From Nemertoderma westbladi (lineage: Eukaryota > Animalia > Xenacoelomorpha): a stretch of DNA of 34,013 bases. The position numbers were made by a program, and so were the translations under genes. Each line of letters opens with the position of its first letter. The first letter of the stretch is position 1. Location: NCBI GenBank assembly GCA_032718475.1, contig JAUCBJ010000511.1:1-34013 (forward strand). The letters are read 5' to 3'. This document shows positions 10,644 to 22,013 of the stretch, one piece after another. The notes under the pieces are model-generated. The model was not told the origin of the DNA and searched no databases. It worked only from the letters and a program-made list of their open reading frames with translations.

Positions 10644-11132
10644 GTTGACTCCGATGACTGGTTGGTTGATGCACTACGGGCCGAAGATCGACTTAGCACT
10701 TATCTGCGGTCTATCAAGAAGTCCTGGGACATCGATGACAAGACATTCAGTTCGATTTTACCTACCGGGACCCACCCATGTATATTATACGGCTTGCCCA
10801 AAGTTCACAAGTTGGGTTGCCCTGCTCGGCCGATTCTGTCGGCCATCATGACCCCTGGCTACAACCTCGCCAAGTATCTGGTACCTATTCTGGAACCTTC
10901 AACCACCAACTCTTACACGGCAAGGGATACTTTCTCAGCCGTTAGGGATATCACGAACATTACTAATGCTAAGGACGGCTTTATGGTTAGCTTTGATGTT
11001 AAAAGCCTGTTTACGAATGTGCCAGTTTCTGAGACTATAACGATAATATTAGATAAACTATTTTGTGATGGCTGCACACATGTGGGTGGTTTGTCCCGCA
11101 GCGAATTCAAGCGCCTCTTGGAGTTTTGCTCC
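10644..11132 (+). pseudogene. Penelope-like reverse transcriptase, N-terminal fragment
   Basis: LYGLPKVHK..PARPILSA...YNLAKYL and MVSFDVKSLFTNVPVSETI motifs. The terminal STLR* of the ORF call is adapter-derived. Confidence 0.92.
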
Positions 11133-11185
11133 AGTACTCTGCGTTGATACCACTGCTTTAAGCAGTGGTATCAACGCAGAGTACT
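11133..11185. other. Library adapter contamination: inverted pair of the SMART / PacBio low-input amplification primer
   Basis: 11133-11158 is the reverse complement and 11160-11185 the forward copy of AAGCAGTGGTATCAACGCAGAGTACT. Both are perfect matches, separated by one T. Confidence 0.99.
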
Positions 11186-11518
11186 CATTGGGGTAAAATA
11201 AACTCTAATGTATTAGACTTCTCAGATGATCCCCCCCCCCCCCCCCCAGTTATTATCTAAATAGCATTACGGCCTGTCCTCCTGTATCATAAGTTAAGTA
11301 ATTGCCTCGTTAGGACAATGTGTCGGCGCACTTAGCGAAATATTTGACGGTGGTTCTAAAGGAGAAACAAAATGGCTGCTGTACAGTGATGCAGCACCCA
11401 ATGGCTCTCTGTGACGAAACCAAAAATTATATATTTGGGGGTCAGGGATAAAAAGAGAACAATTCTTGAATTCTTTTATAAATAGTATGATGTAAATAAT
11501 ATAGTTCTAACAAGGATG

Positions 11519-11660
11519 TTTTACGTTACGTTACGTTACGGTATTACGTTACTTTACGGTTGAAAAACTGAACTTTTTACATTACGATATTACATTACGG
11601 AATAATTTCCAAATTACGTTACTGTATTCCGGAAAAAATAAATACCGTAACGTAATAACC
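11519..11660. repeat. (TTACG)n-rich low-complexity segment, probably the end of a non-autonomous DNA transposon
   Basis: ttacgttacgttacgttacggtattacg..., with an inverted ccgtaacgtaa copy near 11645. Confidence 0.55.
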
Positions 11661-11818
11661 GGTTCAGATTCCATAGGACCACAAAGAGATATTTATAGTT
11701 TCATCATATTTTTGACTAAACATCGGAAAACTATAGTTTCAATTCAATGTTTTGAAATTGCAAATTAACTTAACCATAAAAATAACTTTAAATTCCCCGC
11801 TTTATTGATCATTATTCT

Positions 11819-12009
11819 GTATTCCTGTGAAGAACCAAGACCCACGGTACCGGTACCGGTACTGACGGTATTCCTGTGAAGAACCAAGACCCACGTTACC
11901 GGTACTGACGGTATTCCTGTGAAGAACCAAGACCCACGTTACCGGTACTGACGGTATTCCTGTGAAGAACCAAGACCCACGTTACCGGTACCGGTACTGA
12001 CGGTATTCC
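11819..12009. repeat. 43/49-bp minisatellite, 4 copies
   Basis: Unit gtattcctgtgaagaaccaagacccacgttaccggtactgacg. Copies 1 and 4 carry an extra accggt. Confidence 0.95.
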
Positions 12010-12504
12010 AGTTACTCCCTTACCCCGGTATAAAAACGTTATTATTATTTTCCATATAATAAACTATTAATCTATTAATCTTGAAATTAACTCAGAAACT
12101 TTGCGAGTTGAAACTCAGCACGAGAATTAGTGTGTTCTAGAACTCTGTATTTAGTCGCCTTCAGATTGGTCGAATTTTAACAGTGTTGCTGGAACTCTAA
12201 ACAGATTAATTAATCGAGTCCTCAAACTATTATTTAGGTCATGGATCATATAGTTTAGATTATGTAGTTTATGTTGTTTTAAGTAGCCTATACTGAAGAA
12301 GTGCGCGTAGAATTAGCTTTTGGCTAAATTGATAGGGGGACTTCATCATAAATAACTGGAGAAGCCAGGAAGCTGGCTATAAGGATACCGTGTACAGACA
12401 AACAAAACCTATTAAAGCATTTAGCTTTATATTGAATAGCAAGATAGCTATTTATTTTAGCGAATAGCTATTTACTACGATATTTAAATTATTCATCAAA
12501 AAAA

Positions 12505-12650
12505 CTTATTTATAACACGGAAAAAAGTATAACTTTTTTTCACTATTCTCGAGGCATTTTTATTTACCGAGCCCCAGCGAGGTTAATAAAGGGTTGAGAG
12601 AATATTGAAAAAAAATGTTCTACATTTTTTTCCCATGTAATACGTAATTT
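12505..12650. repeat. Long imperfect palindrome, MITE-like
   Basis: Arms aaaaaagtataactttttttcactattctc and gagaatattgaaaaaaaatgttctacattttttt flank a central ccgagccccagcgagg. Confidence 0.55.
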
Positions 12651-13165
12651 TATTTTTAAATTGTTGGTACTTTTTGTTGCGCAATTCTTTAATTAAATTA
12701 TAGAGCGATATAGGGCCTAGTACTGTAGTGTTACAAAATAAATTTAACTGTAGTATTTTACTATATTCCTTCCATAGTTACTGCGATTCATATTACTGCA
12801 CTCTTCAACTCCTGATGCTGCCTAACTCAATGTTAAATAATTTAGTGTTCTCGAATATTTATTAGGTGACTGGAGAGCCGCTTAACTACATAAGCCAATA
12901 TTGGATATATATTGGACAATATTGCGTACTTTTTTTTCCCAAGGGAAAGAAGTACCCCTATTTCTCCCGATTTTGAGGTATATTCGAGCTGAAAAGTAAC
13001 AATTTAAGAAGAAAACTTATTATTTTAATTCGAATTTCAACAACATAAGGTCCGGATTGGCTCCGGTTTCATTTGCCCGGAGCCGGAGCCAGGAAATAGG
13101 CCCAGAGCTCCGGATTTCCGGAGCTCTGTTGCATCCCTAGACGGACTATTTAATATTCAATGGTA

Positions 13166-14051
13166 ACCAAAAGTCTATAAAATTTTATTTTGCGGATCAT
13201 ATGTTTATTCATGAAAATTCTGCATAAATTTGCATAACACAAGCCAAACAAAAGGAACAATAGGGATGAGTAAGTGGCAAATTGGATATGTTCTAGAATA
13301 ATTTAATCAATAAGCTGTGATTCAATGGGATATTAGTAATATTTACACTGGCGTGTTACACATTAATTGCTATATCTGGGAAACTAGAAGTCGCATCAAA
13401 TTGTAAATATATCAAAAACTTCACGATATATTAAGGTAACTGTTGTAAAAAAATTATACAATTCCACTGCAAGGAAATTTCATAATTTCCATTAATGTTA
13501 GCGAAGATTTTTCACATAATTAAATTGTGATTGCTCTATTGATTTTAGGTGTAATATATTTATTTGTTTTAGTTTAAAAACCGCAATTTAGTTTATAATA
13601 TAACAAATAAATATTTTTGGGATAAGGGTTTTTGAGGTCGATAAATCCGATGGGCGAGGTTACATCCACCCGCTTAGTAGAGAAGGAGTGTAAATAAGGT
13701 CCTTATATTGTACCAGCAAAATTGGTATTAAAAATGGTTAAATTATTACACAAATTTCCGTTGCCCTGTAAACTAAATTGGTAACTATATAGAAGTGCAT
13801 TCTTTAGTCAATCGATAGTCATTAGAGTAAAGTTTGTCTGTACCAAATTTGGAGAAAATCCCACCAATAGATTTCTTGTTGCTATGTAAAATCCATGTTG
13901 CTAAGGAAAGAAACAGGAAATTGAAGGTGATCCGCATAATATATTTTTATAGACTTTTTTGGGGGTATTAACAAGGTAATGTAGAATAAAAAAATTGGTT
14001 TGGATGAATTGTTGAGTTGACCCCCTTTTTTGGCTCGATTGACTCGCCTAT
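13166..14051. mobile_element. ~890-bp dispersed repeat, copy 1 (unclassified non-autonomous element)
   Basis: Colinear, highly similar direct copy at 16857-17763. Both start near ccaaaagtctataaaattttattttgcgga and end at gattgactcgcctat. Confidence 0.88.
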
Positions 14052-14203
14052 CGCCAGTTAGTTTCGTTAATGAACCTGTTTCGTGCTACTCGTACTCGTA
14101 TTATTGCGCAACATTTCCATGGAATTGTAATATATTCAGCGAAGCACCGCTCCATGGCGCTCTTCTGATATTGTCGATCTCCATCTACACCACTAGATGG
14201 CGT

Positions 14204-17200
14204 TCACACCAGACCTATTTTCATTGTTTTCTTTTGAACTCGAACAACAACATAATCCTTTAGCAGAGCCATCAACGTTTGACGAATCTAGAAATAAAAG
14301 TACCAAAAACTTGGATTTGTAAAGTAAAAACGAAGGACCTGTAAAAAAAGGAATGTAAAAAAAACAATTCCTAAGCTATTTCAATAATGTGAACAGTAGA
14401 AAACTGGATTCAATCTGTCAAAACAGGCCTTAATATCGAATGGTCTACCATGACCAAAAAAATTTGAGAGGGGGGGAGGGGGGGGGGGGGGGTGTACCTA
14501 TAACACACTAGTACCTGTCCTAGTTCATGGGATGCGAGTCGGGAAATAATAGGAAATTTCCTGAGGAAATTTCTTTTAGGGACCGACCGACCCTGGGACC
14601 ATGGCACGAGGGTCTCACAGGTTAGGGACCGACCGACCCTGGGACCATGGCACGAGGGTCTCACAGGTTAGGGACCGACCGACCCTGGGACCATGGCACG
14701 AGGGTCTCACAGGTTAGGGACCGACCGACCGTGGGACCATGGCACGAGGGTCTCCCAGATTAGGGACCGACCGACCCTGGGACCATGGCACGAGGGAGGG
14801 TCTCCCAGGTTAGGGACCGACCCTGGGACCATGGCACGAGGGTCTCACAGGTTAGGGATCGACCGACCCTGGGACCATGGCACGAGGGCCTCACAGGTTA
14901 GGGACCGACCGACCCTGGGACCATGGCACGAGGGTCTCACAGGTTAGGGACCGACCGACCCTGGGACCATGGCACGAGGGTCTCCCAGGTTAGGGACCGA
15001 CCGACCCTGGGACCATGGCACGAGGGTCTCCCAGGTTAGGGACCGACCCTGGGACCATGGCACGAGGGTCTCACAGGTTAGGGACCGACCGACCCTGGGA
15101 CCATGGCACGAGGGTCTCCCAGGTTAGGGACCGACCGACCGTGGGACCATGGCACGAGGGTCTCACAGGTTAGGGACCGACCGACCGTGGGACCATGGCA
15201 CGAGGGTCTCACATCACAGGTTAGGGACCGACCGACCCTGGGACCATGGCACGAGGGTCTCCCAGGTTAGGGACCGAGCGACCCTGGGACCATGGCACGA
15301 GGGTCTCCCAGGTTAGGGACCGACCCTGGGACCATGGCACGAGGGTCTCACAGGTTAGGGACCGACCGACCCTGGGACCATGGCACGAGGGTCTCACAGG
15401 TTAGGGACCGACCGACCCTGGGACCATGGCACGAGGGTCTCCCAGGTTAGGGACCGACCGACCCTGGGACCATGGCACGAGGGTCTCCCAGGTTAGGGAC
15501 CGACCCTGGGACCATGGCACGAGGGTCTCACAGGTTAGGGACCGACCGACCCTGGGACCATGGCACGAGGGTCTCCCCGGTTAGGGACCGACCGACCCTG
15601 GGACCATGGCACGAGGGTCTCACAGGTTAGGGACCGACCGACCCTGGGACCATGGCACGAGGGTCTCCCAGGTTAGGTACCGACCCTGGGACCATGGCAC
15701 GAGGGTCTCACAGGTTAGGGACCGACCGACCCTGGGACCATGGCACGAGGGTCTCCCAGGTTAGGGACCGACCCTGGGACCATGGCACGAGGGTCTCCCA
15801 GGTTAGGGACCGACCCTGGGACCATGGCACGAGGGTCTCCCAGGTTACGGACTGACCGACCCTGGGACCATGGCACGAGGGTCTCACAGGTTAGGGACCG
15901 ACCGACCCTGGGACCATGGCACGAGGGTCTCCCAGGTTAGGGACCGACCCTGGGACCATGGCACGAGGGCCTCCCAGGTTAGGGACCGACCCTGGGACCA
16001 TGGCACGAGGGTCTCCCAGGTTAGGGACCGACCCTGGGACCATGGCACGAGGGTCTCCCAGGTTAGGGACCGACCGACCCTGGGACCATGGCACGAGGGT
16101 CTCCCAGGTTAGGGAGTTCTGTTCATGTTTTACATTGAAAGCAATTTCGGAAATTAATACATTTTAATTTTAACTCTTTCACAATTTAATACCTCCTGCT
16201 ATTTGGAAAATTCAGAAAACACAGGAAAAAAAAGTAGAGTAAACACTAGAATACGTCAATACGGGTGACGTATACTTTTCCGGAAAGTCCCTTGAAAGAA
16301 CATATCTCCTGAAAACTCATCCCTAAACAGATCCAATGGTAGGTAAATATGCCTTTAATTACAAAATTTCCGTTCTAGTTTGTAAATATTCTACTGATAC
16401 AATTATTGTTGGCCAGACATTCGGCAACTTTTGAAGAGATTGGCCAATGTGTGAAAGTTGCACATTTCGTCATGGTGATCAGATTGGTTTGTTACACGAA
16501 TTAATACTATAGTGAATGAGTAAAAGAATAAAGATAAAGATAAAGATATGGGGTAAATAAAAAAAAACTGTAAAATCTACTGGTCAGCAATAATGATGTT
16601 GTTTTCCGAAATTCCAACATAACGAAAGGCTTAATATATAACGACAGACGAATAGGCAGCTGAAAAGCTGCCTATGAAGGTTTTGTTGTTAAATGTTTTT
16701 GTTAAAATCCTTAAACTTTACAATATGAAGCGACAGTAGAAAACGTATCCAACTGATTTATAAAGTTTATAGTCGAGTAAATCTAGCAAAAAACCCATAA
16801 GTATTTCGCAATCAATCCGAACCACACATTTTGGATTCTATATTACCTTATTAATGACCAAAAAAAAGTCTATAAAATTTTATTTTGCGGATTATATGTT
16901 TATTCATGGAAATTCTGCGTAAATTTGCATAACACAAGCCAAACAAAAGGAAGAGTAGGGAAAAGTAAGTAGCAAATTAGTGATGTTCCAGAATAATTTA
17001 ATTAATTTCACAATAAGCTGTGATTCAATAGGAAATTAGTAATATTTACACTGGCGTGTTACACATTAATTGCTATATCTCGGAAACTAGAAGTCGCATC
17101 AAATTTTTAAATATATCAAAAACTTCACGATATATTAAGGTAACTGTTGTAAAAAAATTATACAATTCCACTGCAAGGAAATTTCATAATTTCAATTAAT

Positions 17201-19648
17201 GTTAGTGAAGATTTTTCACATAATTAAATTGTGATTGCTCTATTGATTTTAGGTGTAATTTATTTATTTGTTTTAGTTTGAAAACCACAATAGTTTATCA
17301 TATAACAAATAAATTTTTTGGGGATAGGGGATTTTGAGTTCGATAAATCCGATGGGCGAGGTTACATCCACCCGTTTAGTAGAGAAGTTGTGTAAATAAG
17401 CTCCCTGTATTGTACCAGCAAAATTGGTATTAAAAATGGATCAATTATTACACAAATTTCCGTTGCCCTGTAAATTAAATTGGTAACTATATAGAAGTGC
17501 ATACTTCAGTCTATCGATAGTCATTACAGTAAAGTTGGTCTGTACCAAATTTGGAGAAAATCCCACCAATAGACCCCTTGTTGCTATGTAAAATCCATGT
17601 TGCTAAGGAAAGAAACAGGAAATTGAAGGTGATCCGCATAATATATTTTTATAGACTTTTTTGGGGGTATTAACAAGGTAATGTAGAATAAAAAAATTGG
17701 TTTGGGTGAATTGCGAATTTGTTATGGGTTGACCCCCTTTTTCGTCTAGATTGACTCGCCTATAAGGGAAACCAAATACGTTGGAACTATCAATAATTCA
17801 ATAGAACCGGTAGGAGTTGTAGCTACATCGAATAACGGGGCTTTACCAATTAAGGGAAAGGAGCAGGTTACGTTGGGATTGGGAAGAACAGCTTTCATTA
17901 TCAGGTAGACAATGTTGTAGACAATATTTGTAATTAATTATAAATTGGGCGAAGACTGCTCTGTGTGAAGTTTACTTGTACCGTAGTAAGTACCGGTAGT
18001 GGTTACAGGCGGTGTAAGTAATATACATTGTGCCGAAAAATTATGTTAGTCGTAACATTTTAATCCATTCACAAATATTATTGCGGTAATTATTATTTTC
18101 TGACCTGCTTTACGTCAACCATTCTAGCCGATTTAATGTCCCTCCAATTCCAGTCGAGTACGAAATAGCGAGTTCGTTTTAGGGACATGGCCTTACCGTC
18201 GAGGAGAGATTGTAAGCGATGGGGGGTGCACAGAGCCAAGTGGACGACGTTGTTGGACAGGTAGAGGGATTGCTCGTCAAACTAAACATAAAGTTATACA
18301 ACATTAATACATCGGAAATAATTATTGATGAGGCAACTTCTCCGTAATAACGGAATCATATAACATCTGGCTCATTCTCATTGGGTTCGATTTTGGATAC
18401 ATTTCGATTGCGTCGAATAAAAGGTGAAACTGATGACATTTCAGTTTCAAAGTAAATTAGACAACGTTTGAGTTTCATAAAACGGTTTCCTCCACTACCA
18501 AGTAACTATTTCAATAACCTCTGAAGTTAATGGGAAATAGCAAAATTATAAATACCAACCTTCATATGTTTGGCGAATAGTTTAGCTGATTTACAAGGCG
18601 GATTCCGGAACTCCTTTAATTCTTTGTATAAACTCACAGCTCGGATTGCCGAACTACAAACTAATACTAACAGCGGGGACTTCTTCCGACAATGACCCAA
18701 AACTTCGGTGTCCCACGTCGGGATTTCCTAAAACAAATTAAATTAAATTGTGAGAGTCAATTTGAAACTGTGTAACCGCTACGGTATATCAAATGTTCTT
18801 GTTAATGATTTGCAAAGGTCTGAATTATTATGTTAAGAGGCTATTAGATGAGTTTGTATAAATGTGTTTCTTTCAAATAATTTCCAGTTTAAACATTCTA
18901 CATGAACTTATTTACTTGTCGTAGATATTTGTTAGTTTCTAGAAAATCTTCGTTAACTGGCAGGTAAGATGTTTCGGGTAGACGGAGTTGGTTGCGTTCG
19001 ATGATAGTCAATTCGTCCCGATAATGATTTACCAACTCTGTATGTAAATCCCCGGGCCTACCTGGCGTCCGCGGATTGGCTAACAATTCTTCTGTAATCT
19101 TTCTCTGCGGTAAATAAAGAAAGAACTGTATTAGAGTTAAACCATAAAAATTCCCGCGAACCCAGTACGAAAGAACAATTATGTTGAAGATACATTTCAT
19201 ATATGCATATCAAACAAATTACGGAAAGGGTGAATGGGGGGGGGGGGGGGGGGGGGAAATGCAAAGAAAGTCATCCCTATAAGGGCGCAAATCGATGCAA
19301 ATAACTTTTGATTACCAACACAAATGAAACTGTAACCTGTGCTATTCACTCTAGTTTATTGTTTTGGTTTGTCGCCTACTCCATTGTATATTTGGACACG
19401 CCATGCGCTACTTTGTAACTTACACGTTTATGTTTTTGTCCTTTTGATTTCCTTTTTGTCGAGCTCTTCGAGTTACCAGTACAGCTACCGGCAGCAGGAG
19501 TTTCAGTTCGTCGACGTTTGTTCTTTATTGGACCCGCTGATGAATCTACATCTGGTGGTTCGTCACCGGTACCGGTACGGCCCCTACCGGTAGGCTTAGA
19601 TCTAGACCCACTATTCAACCACCACTCGTCATCTAGATCATCCGCCAT
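14204..19648 (-). CDS. CMSS1: CMSS1 (Cms1 ribosomal small subunit homolog), 5 exons, 280 aa: 19424-19648, 18916-19104, 18560-18727, 18105-18281, 14204-14287
   Basis: Spliced translation MADDLDDEWW...RKITEELL...YLRQEIPTW...LVLVCSSAIRA...KLFAKHMK...VVHLALCTPHRL...FVLDWNWRD...RMVDVKQIRQTLMALL...MKIGLV* follows the CMSS1 family motifs end to end. All four introns are GT-AG and phase 0. Confidence 0.93.
14576..16114. repeat. 46/42-bp GC-rich satellite containing one TTAGGG per unit (about 34 units), inside CMSS1 intron 4
   Basis: Unit ggttagggaccgaccgaccctgggaccatggcacgagggtctc(a/c)ca. The 42-bp variant lacks one gacc. Confidence 0.97.
16857..17763. mobile_element. ~900-bp dispersed repeat, copy 2, inside CMSS1 intron 4
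   Basis: Direct copy of 13166-14051 with substitutions and small indels. Confidence 0.88.
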
Positions 19649-20302
19649 ATTTCAATACAGCAATAGGCCTCTTCCTACTGCTACTGTACAATCAAGGGTA
19701 ACTCTATTGAATGGACGACTGGCACTGTCTGACTTTAAAAGCCCAGGTAGCGCTTCACAAAAAATAATCTCTAACACGCGCTCTTGACTCTTGATTATTG
19801 TTTTGGTTAGTAAAATAATAACCTACTACCGGCTGTCCAGTACCGGACCGGTAATGCCATATGTTTCTTTTCCTCAATTATTGATAATTATTATTAATAA
19901 TAATAATAATTAATAATATTAATAATTATGACTGTAAGATAATTATCGGTTTGCGTACCAGTGGTTGTACTGGTACCATCGGCCCGAATGGCCGTGAATA
20001 CCCGAAAACTAATGAAGAGCGAAAACCATTGTAATCCATAGGCATACCTGCCTACAGTAATCAAAGTCATCATAGTAACCTATTGTAATGCATAGGCCAG
20101 TAGGCATACAGCTCAGTTGGTTCGATTCTGCTACTGCACTGTAGTTACAGTACAGCAGTAAGTAGTAAGTACCGGTCAGCCGGTACAAGGACCACTCTAC
20201 TAACCTCCTTTCTAACACAAATTAAATACATTACAATTTTGAAAATGCCACCACACATTGCTTTGAATAATTCAACCAATTAAAACTCATCATACCTGAT
20301 AC

Positions 20303-20829
20303 TTAGTTGTGGGGCGAGCCACGAAGTTGGCGGAGCCTTAGCGAATTGACACTGTTAGGGGGTGGGTCAATTTATGCAAATAGTTGTCGTCGTCGTTGTC
20401 GTCGTCGTCGTCGTTGTCGTCGTCGTCGTCGTCGTCGTTACGATTTTGACATGCTAATAACTTTGTCGGATTTAAAGCTGCCAAGTTGAAAATTTGTAGG
20501 TATCAATATGAGCAAAAGTTGAGATTTTTTGAGAGACTTTCAGACACCATCAGTGCAATGGTCTCCCGCTAGAGGGCCACATGTCTAAACATTAAATGCC
20601 CTCCCATTTCTTTGCTTTTAATCCGTTTAAGCTGAAACTTGGCAGATATGTATTAGACCATTAGCTGTGACTTTCAAAGGAGGCGAATCCATCTGCAGTT
20701 CTCCAGTCTGCCGCTAGAGGGCCAACGTGACTATTTGCATAAATTGACCTACCCCCTAACAGTGTCAATTCGCTAAGGCTCTGCCAACTTCGTGCTGCGC
20801 GAAGTCCCCACTTCGTGTACTTATGTTTT
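20303..20829 (+). mobile_element. Non-autonomous Helentron/DINE-1-like (HINE) or MITE element
   Basis: ~65-bp subterminal inverted repeats (20320-20384 / 20730-20794), a (CGT)n microsatellite at 20385-20439 and a 3' hairpin gcgcgaagt-cccc-acttcgtgt followed by T-rich sequence. Confidence 0.75.
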
Positions 20830-21315
20830 CTGTTCGAGAATGGAAAATACGGATACATGGTGTCCTATAGTAGACAAGTAGACTAGAGTACGCCTAGTGC
20901 TAGAATCCGTTTTAGCAAATAAAATGTAGCAAATAAAAATGAACTCTGAATATAATTATAACCAATTACGACAGCGACATTAACTTAATTTAATAAAATC
21001 TAACATCAGGATATACACCATGTCCCAGAATATAGTGTCGTAATTCAATGACACGCCCCCCCCCCCCCTAATTTTTCTACAAATCGTAATGAGATTGCAT
21101 GAAATTTGAAACAGAGATAGTTTCACCTCCCGACCACTGACTGGGTGAGCCAGAATTTTTATTTTTGCTTTCAATCATTAGCTACAAACGTTTAAAAAAG
21201 TGTCTCCAGCGATATTACACCAGTTACACCGCAGTTATTCTTCTACCTTATAGCTGTTTGTTGGTACCAATGGAAAGCTGGTCATGCAAGGATTCCAAAT
21301 ATGTAAAACAATTTG

Positions 21316-21615
21316 AATTTCGTTGAAAAATAGCGGAGATATGGGCGTTCAAATTTTGCATGGTTATGCACCTATGCGAGGCTATTTTATTCTATTTAAT
21401 AAATACATCATAATCTGGAATATTTTGTTTATCCAAATACGTAGCTGGGCAACAATGCATTACATCTTTAATCATACTATTATGTAGCTATTCATACATT
21501 TAAAAAATGTTCCAGAATATGGTTTATTTATTAAATAGAATAAAATAGCCTCGCGTCGGTGCAAAACCATGCAACATTTGAACGCTCATATCTCAGCTAT
21601 TTTTCAACGAAATTC
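21316..21615. repeat. ~110-bp inverted repeat pair (foldback)
   Basis: gaatttcgttgaaaaatagcggagatatgggcgttcaaa... (21316-21426) is the imperfect reverse complement of ...tttgaacgctcatatctcagctatttttcaacgaaattc (21503-21615). Confidence 0.85.
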
Positions 21616-21881
21616 AATTTAAATTTATAAATATAAATAAATAAATAAAATAAATAACTAACACGTCAGCACGTGTTGTATAACATTTATAAAAAAGTAG
21701 AAGAAACTAGCTCGTATAAAAAATAAAAAATGTGTTCTAAAACAAAAAAAATGTGTTCTAGAACATAAATACTCATCAAAATTGATAGCTAACACGTCAG
21801 CACGTGTTCTATAAAATTTATAAAAAAAATTAGCAAAAACTAGCTAATATATAAAATCAATATAGTTTACTTTAACTAGTC

Positions 21882-22013
21882 AGTATCCGGACAATTCGTA
21901 CCCGTCAAAAAATAATTTCGGGTACGAATTGTCCGGGTACGAATTGTCCGGGTACGAATTGTCCGGGTACGAATTGTCCGGTACGAATTGTAGGTACGAA
22001 TTGTCCGGAGACC
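21882..22013. mobile_element. Small MITE with a tandemly amplified 15-bp TIR subunit
   Basis: Left end tccggacaattcgtacccg. The right side is (gggtacgaattgtcc)n, about 6 copies, ending ccggagacc. Confidence 0.7.

Larger units (their letters stand above)
10046..11132. mobile_element. Penelope-like retroelement (Poseidon-type): inverted 3' segment/pLTR on the minus strand plus 5'-truncated RT body on the plus strand
   Basis: GIY-YIG and hammerhead on minus (~10046-10625), RT N-terminal motifs on plus (~10640-11132). The right end is cut by the adapter. Confidence 0.9.

Noticed and set aside
11133-11185. Biological palindrome, terminator or transposon end
   Set aside because: Exact match to a synthetic library primer.
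14576-16114. True telomere, CRISPR array, or the MARGS.../RDRPWDHG repeat ORFs as proteins
   Set aside because: TTAGGG is single per unit, not tandem, and there are no spacers. The ORFs are translations of the satellite inside a CMSS1 intron.
18191-18197. Apparent splice donor (G|GTAAGG) inside CMSS1 exon 4
   Set aside because: The frame continues through it into the conserved FVLDWNWRD motif, so no intron is required.
18282-18559. Intronic snoRNA in CMSS1 intron 3
   Set aside because: No convincing C/D or H/ACA box arrangement with terminal stems was seen on the sense strand.
18898-19787. ORF-track calls 18898..19200, 19376..19648 and overlapping plus-strand ORFs as separate genes
   Set aside because: They are CMSS1 exons read into flanking introns, or antisense shadows.
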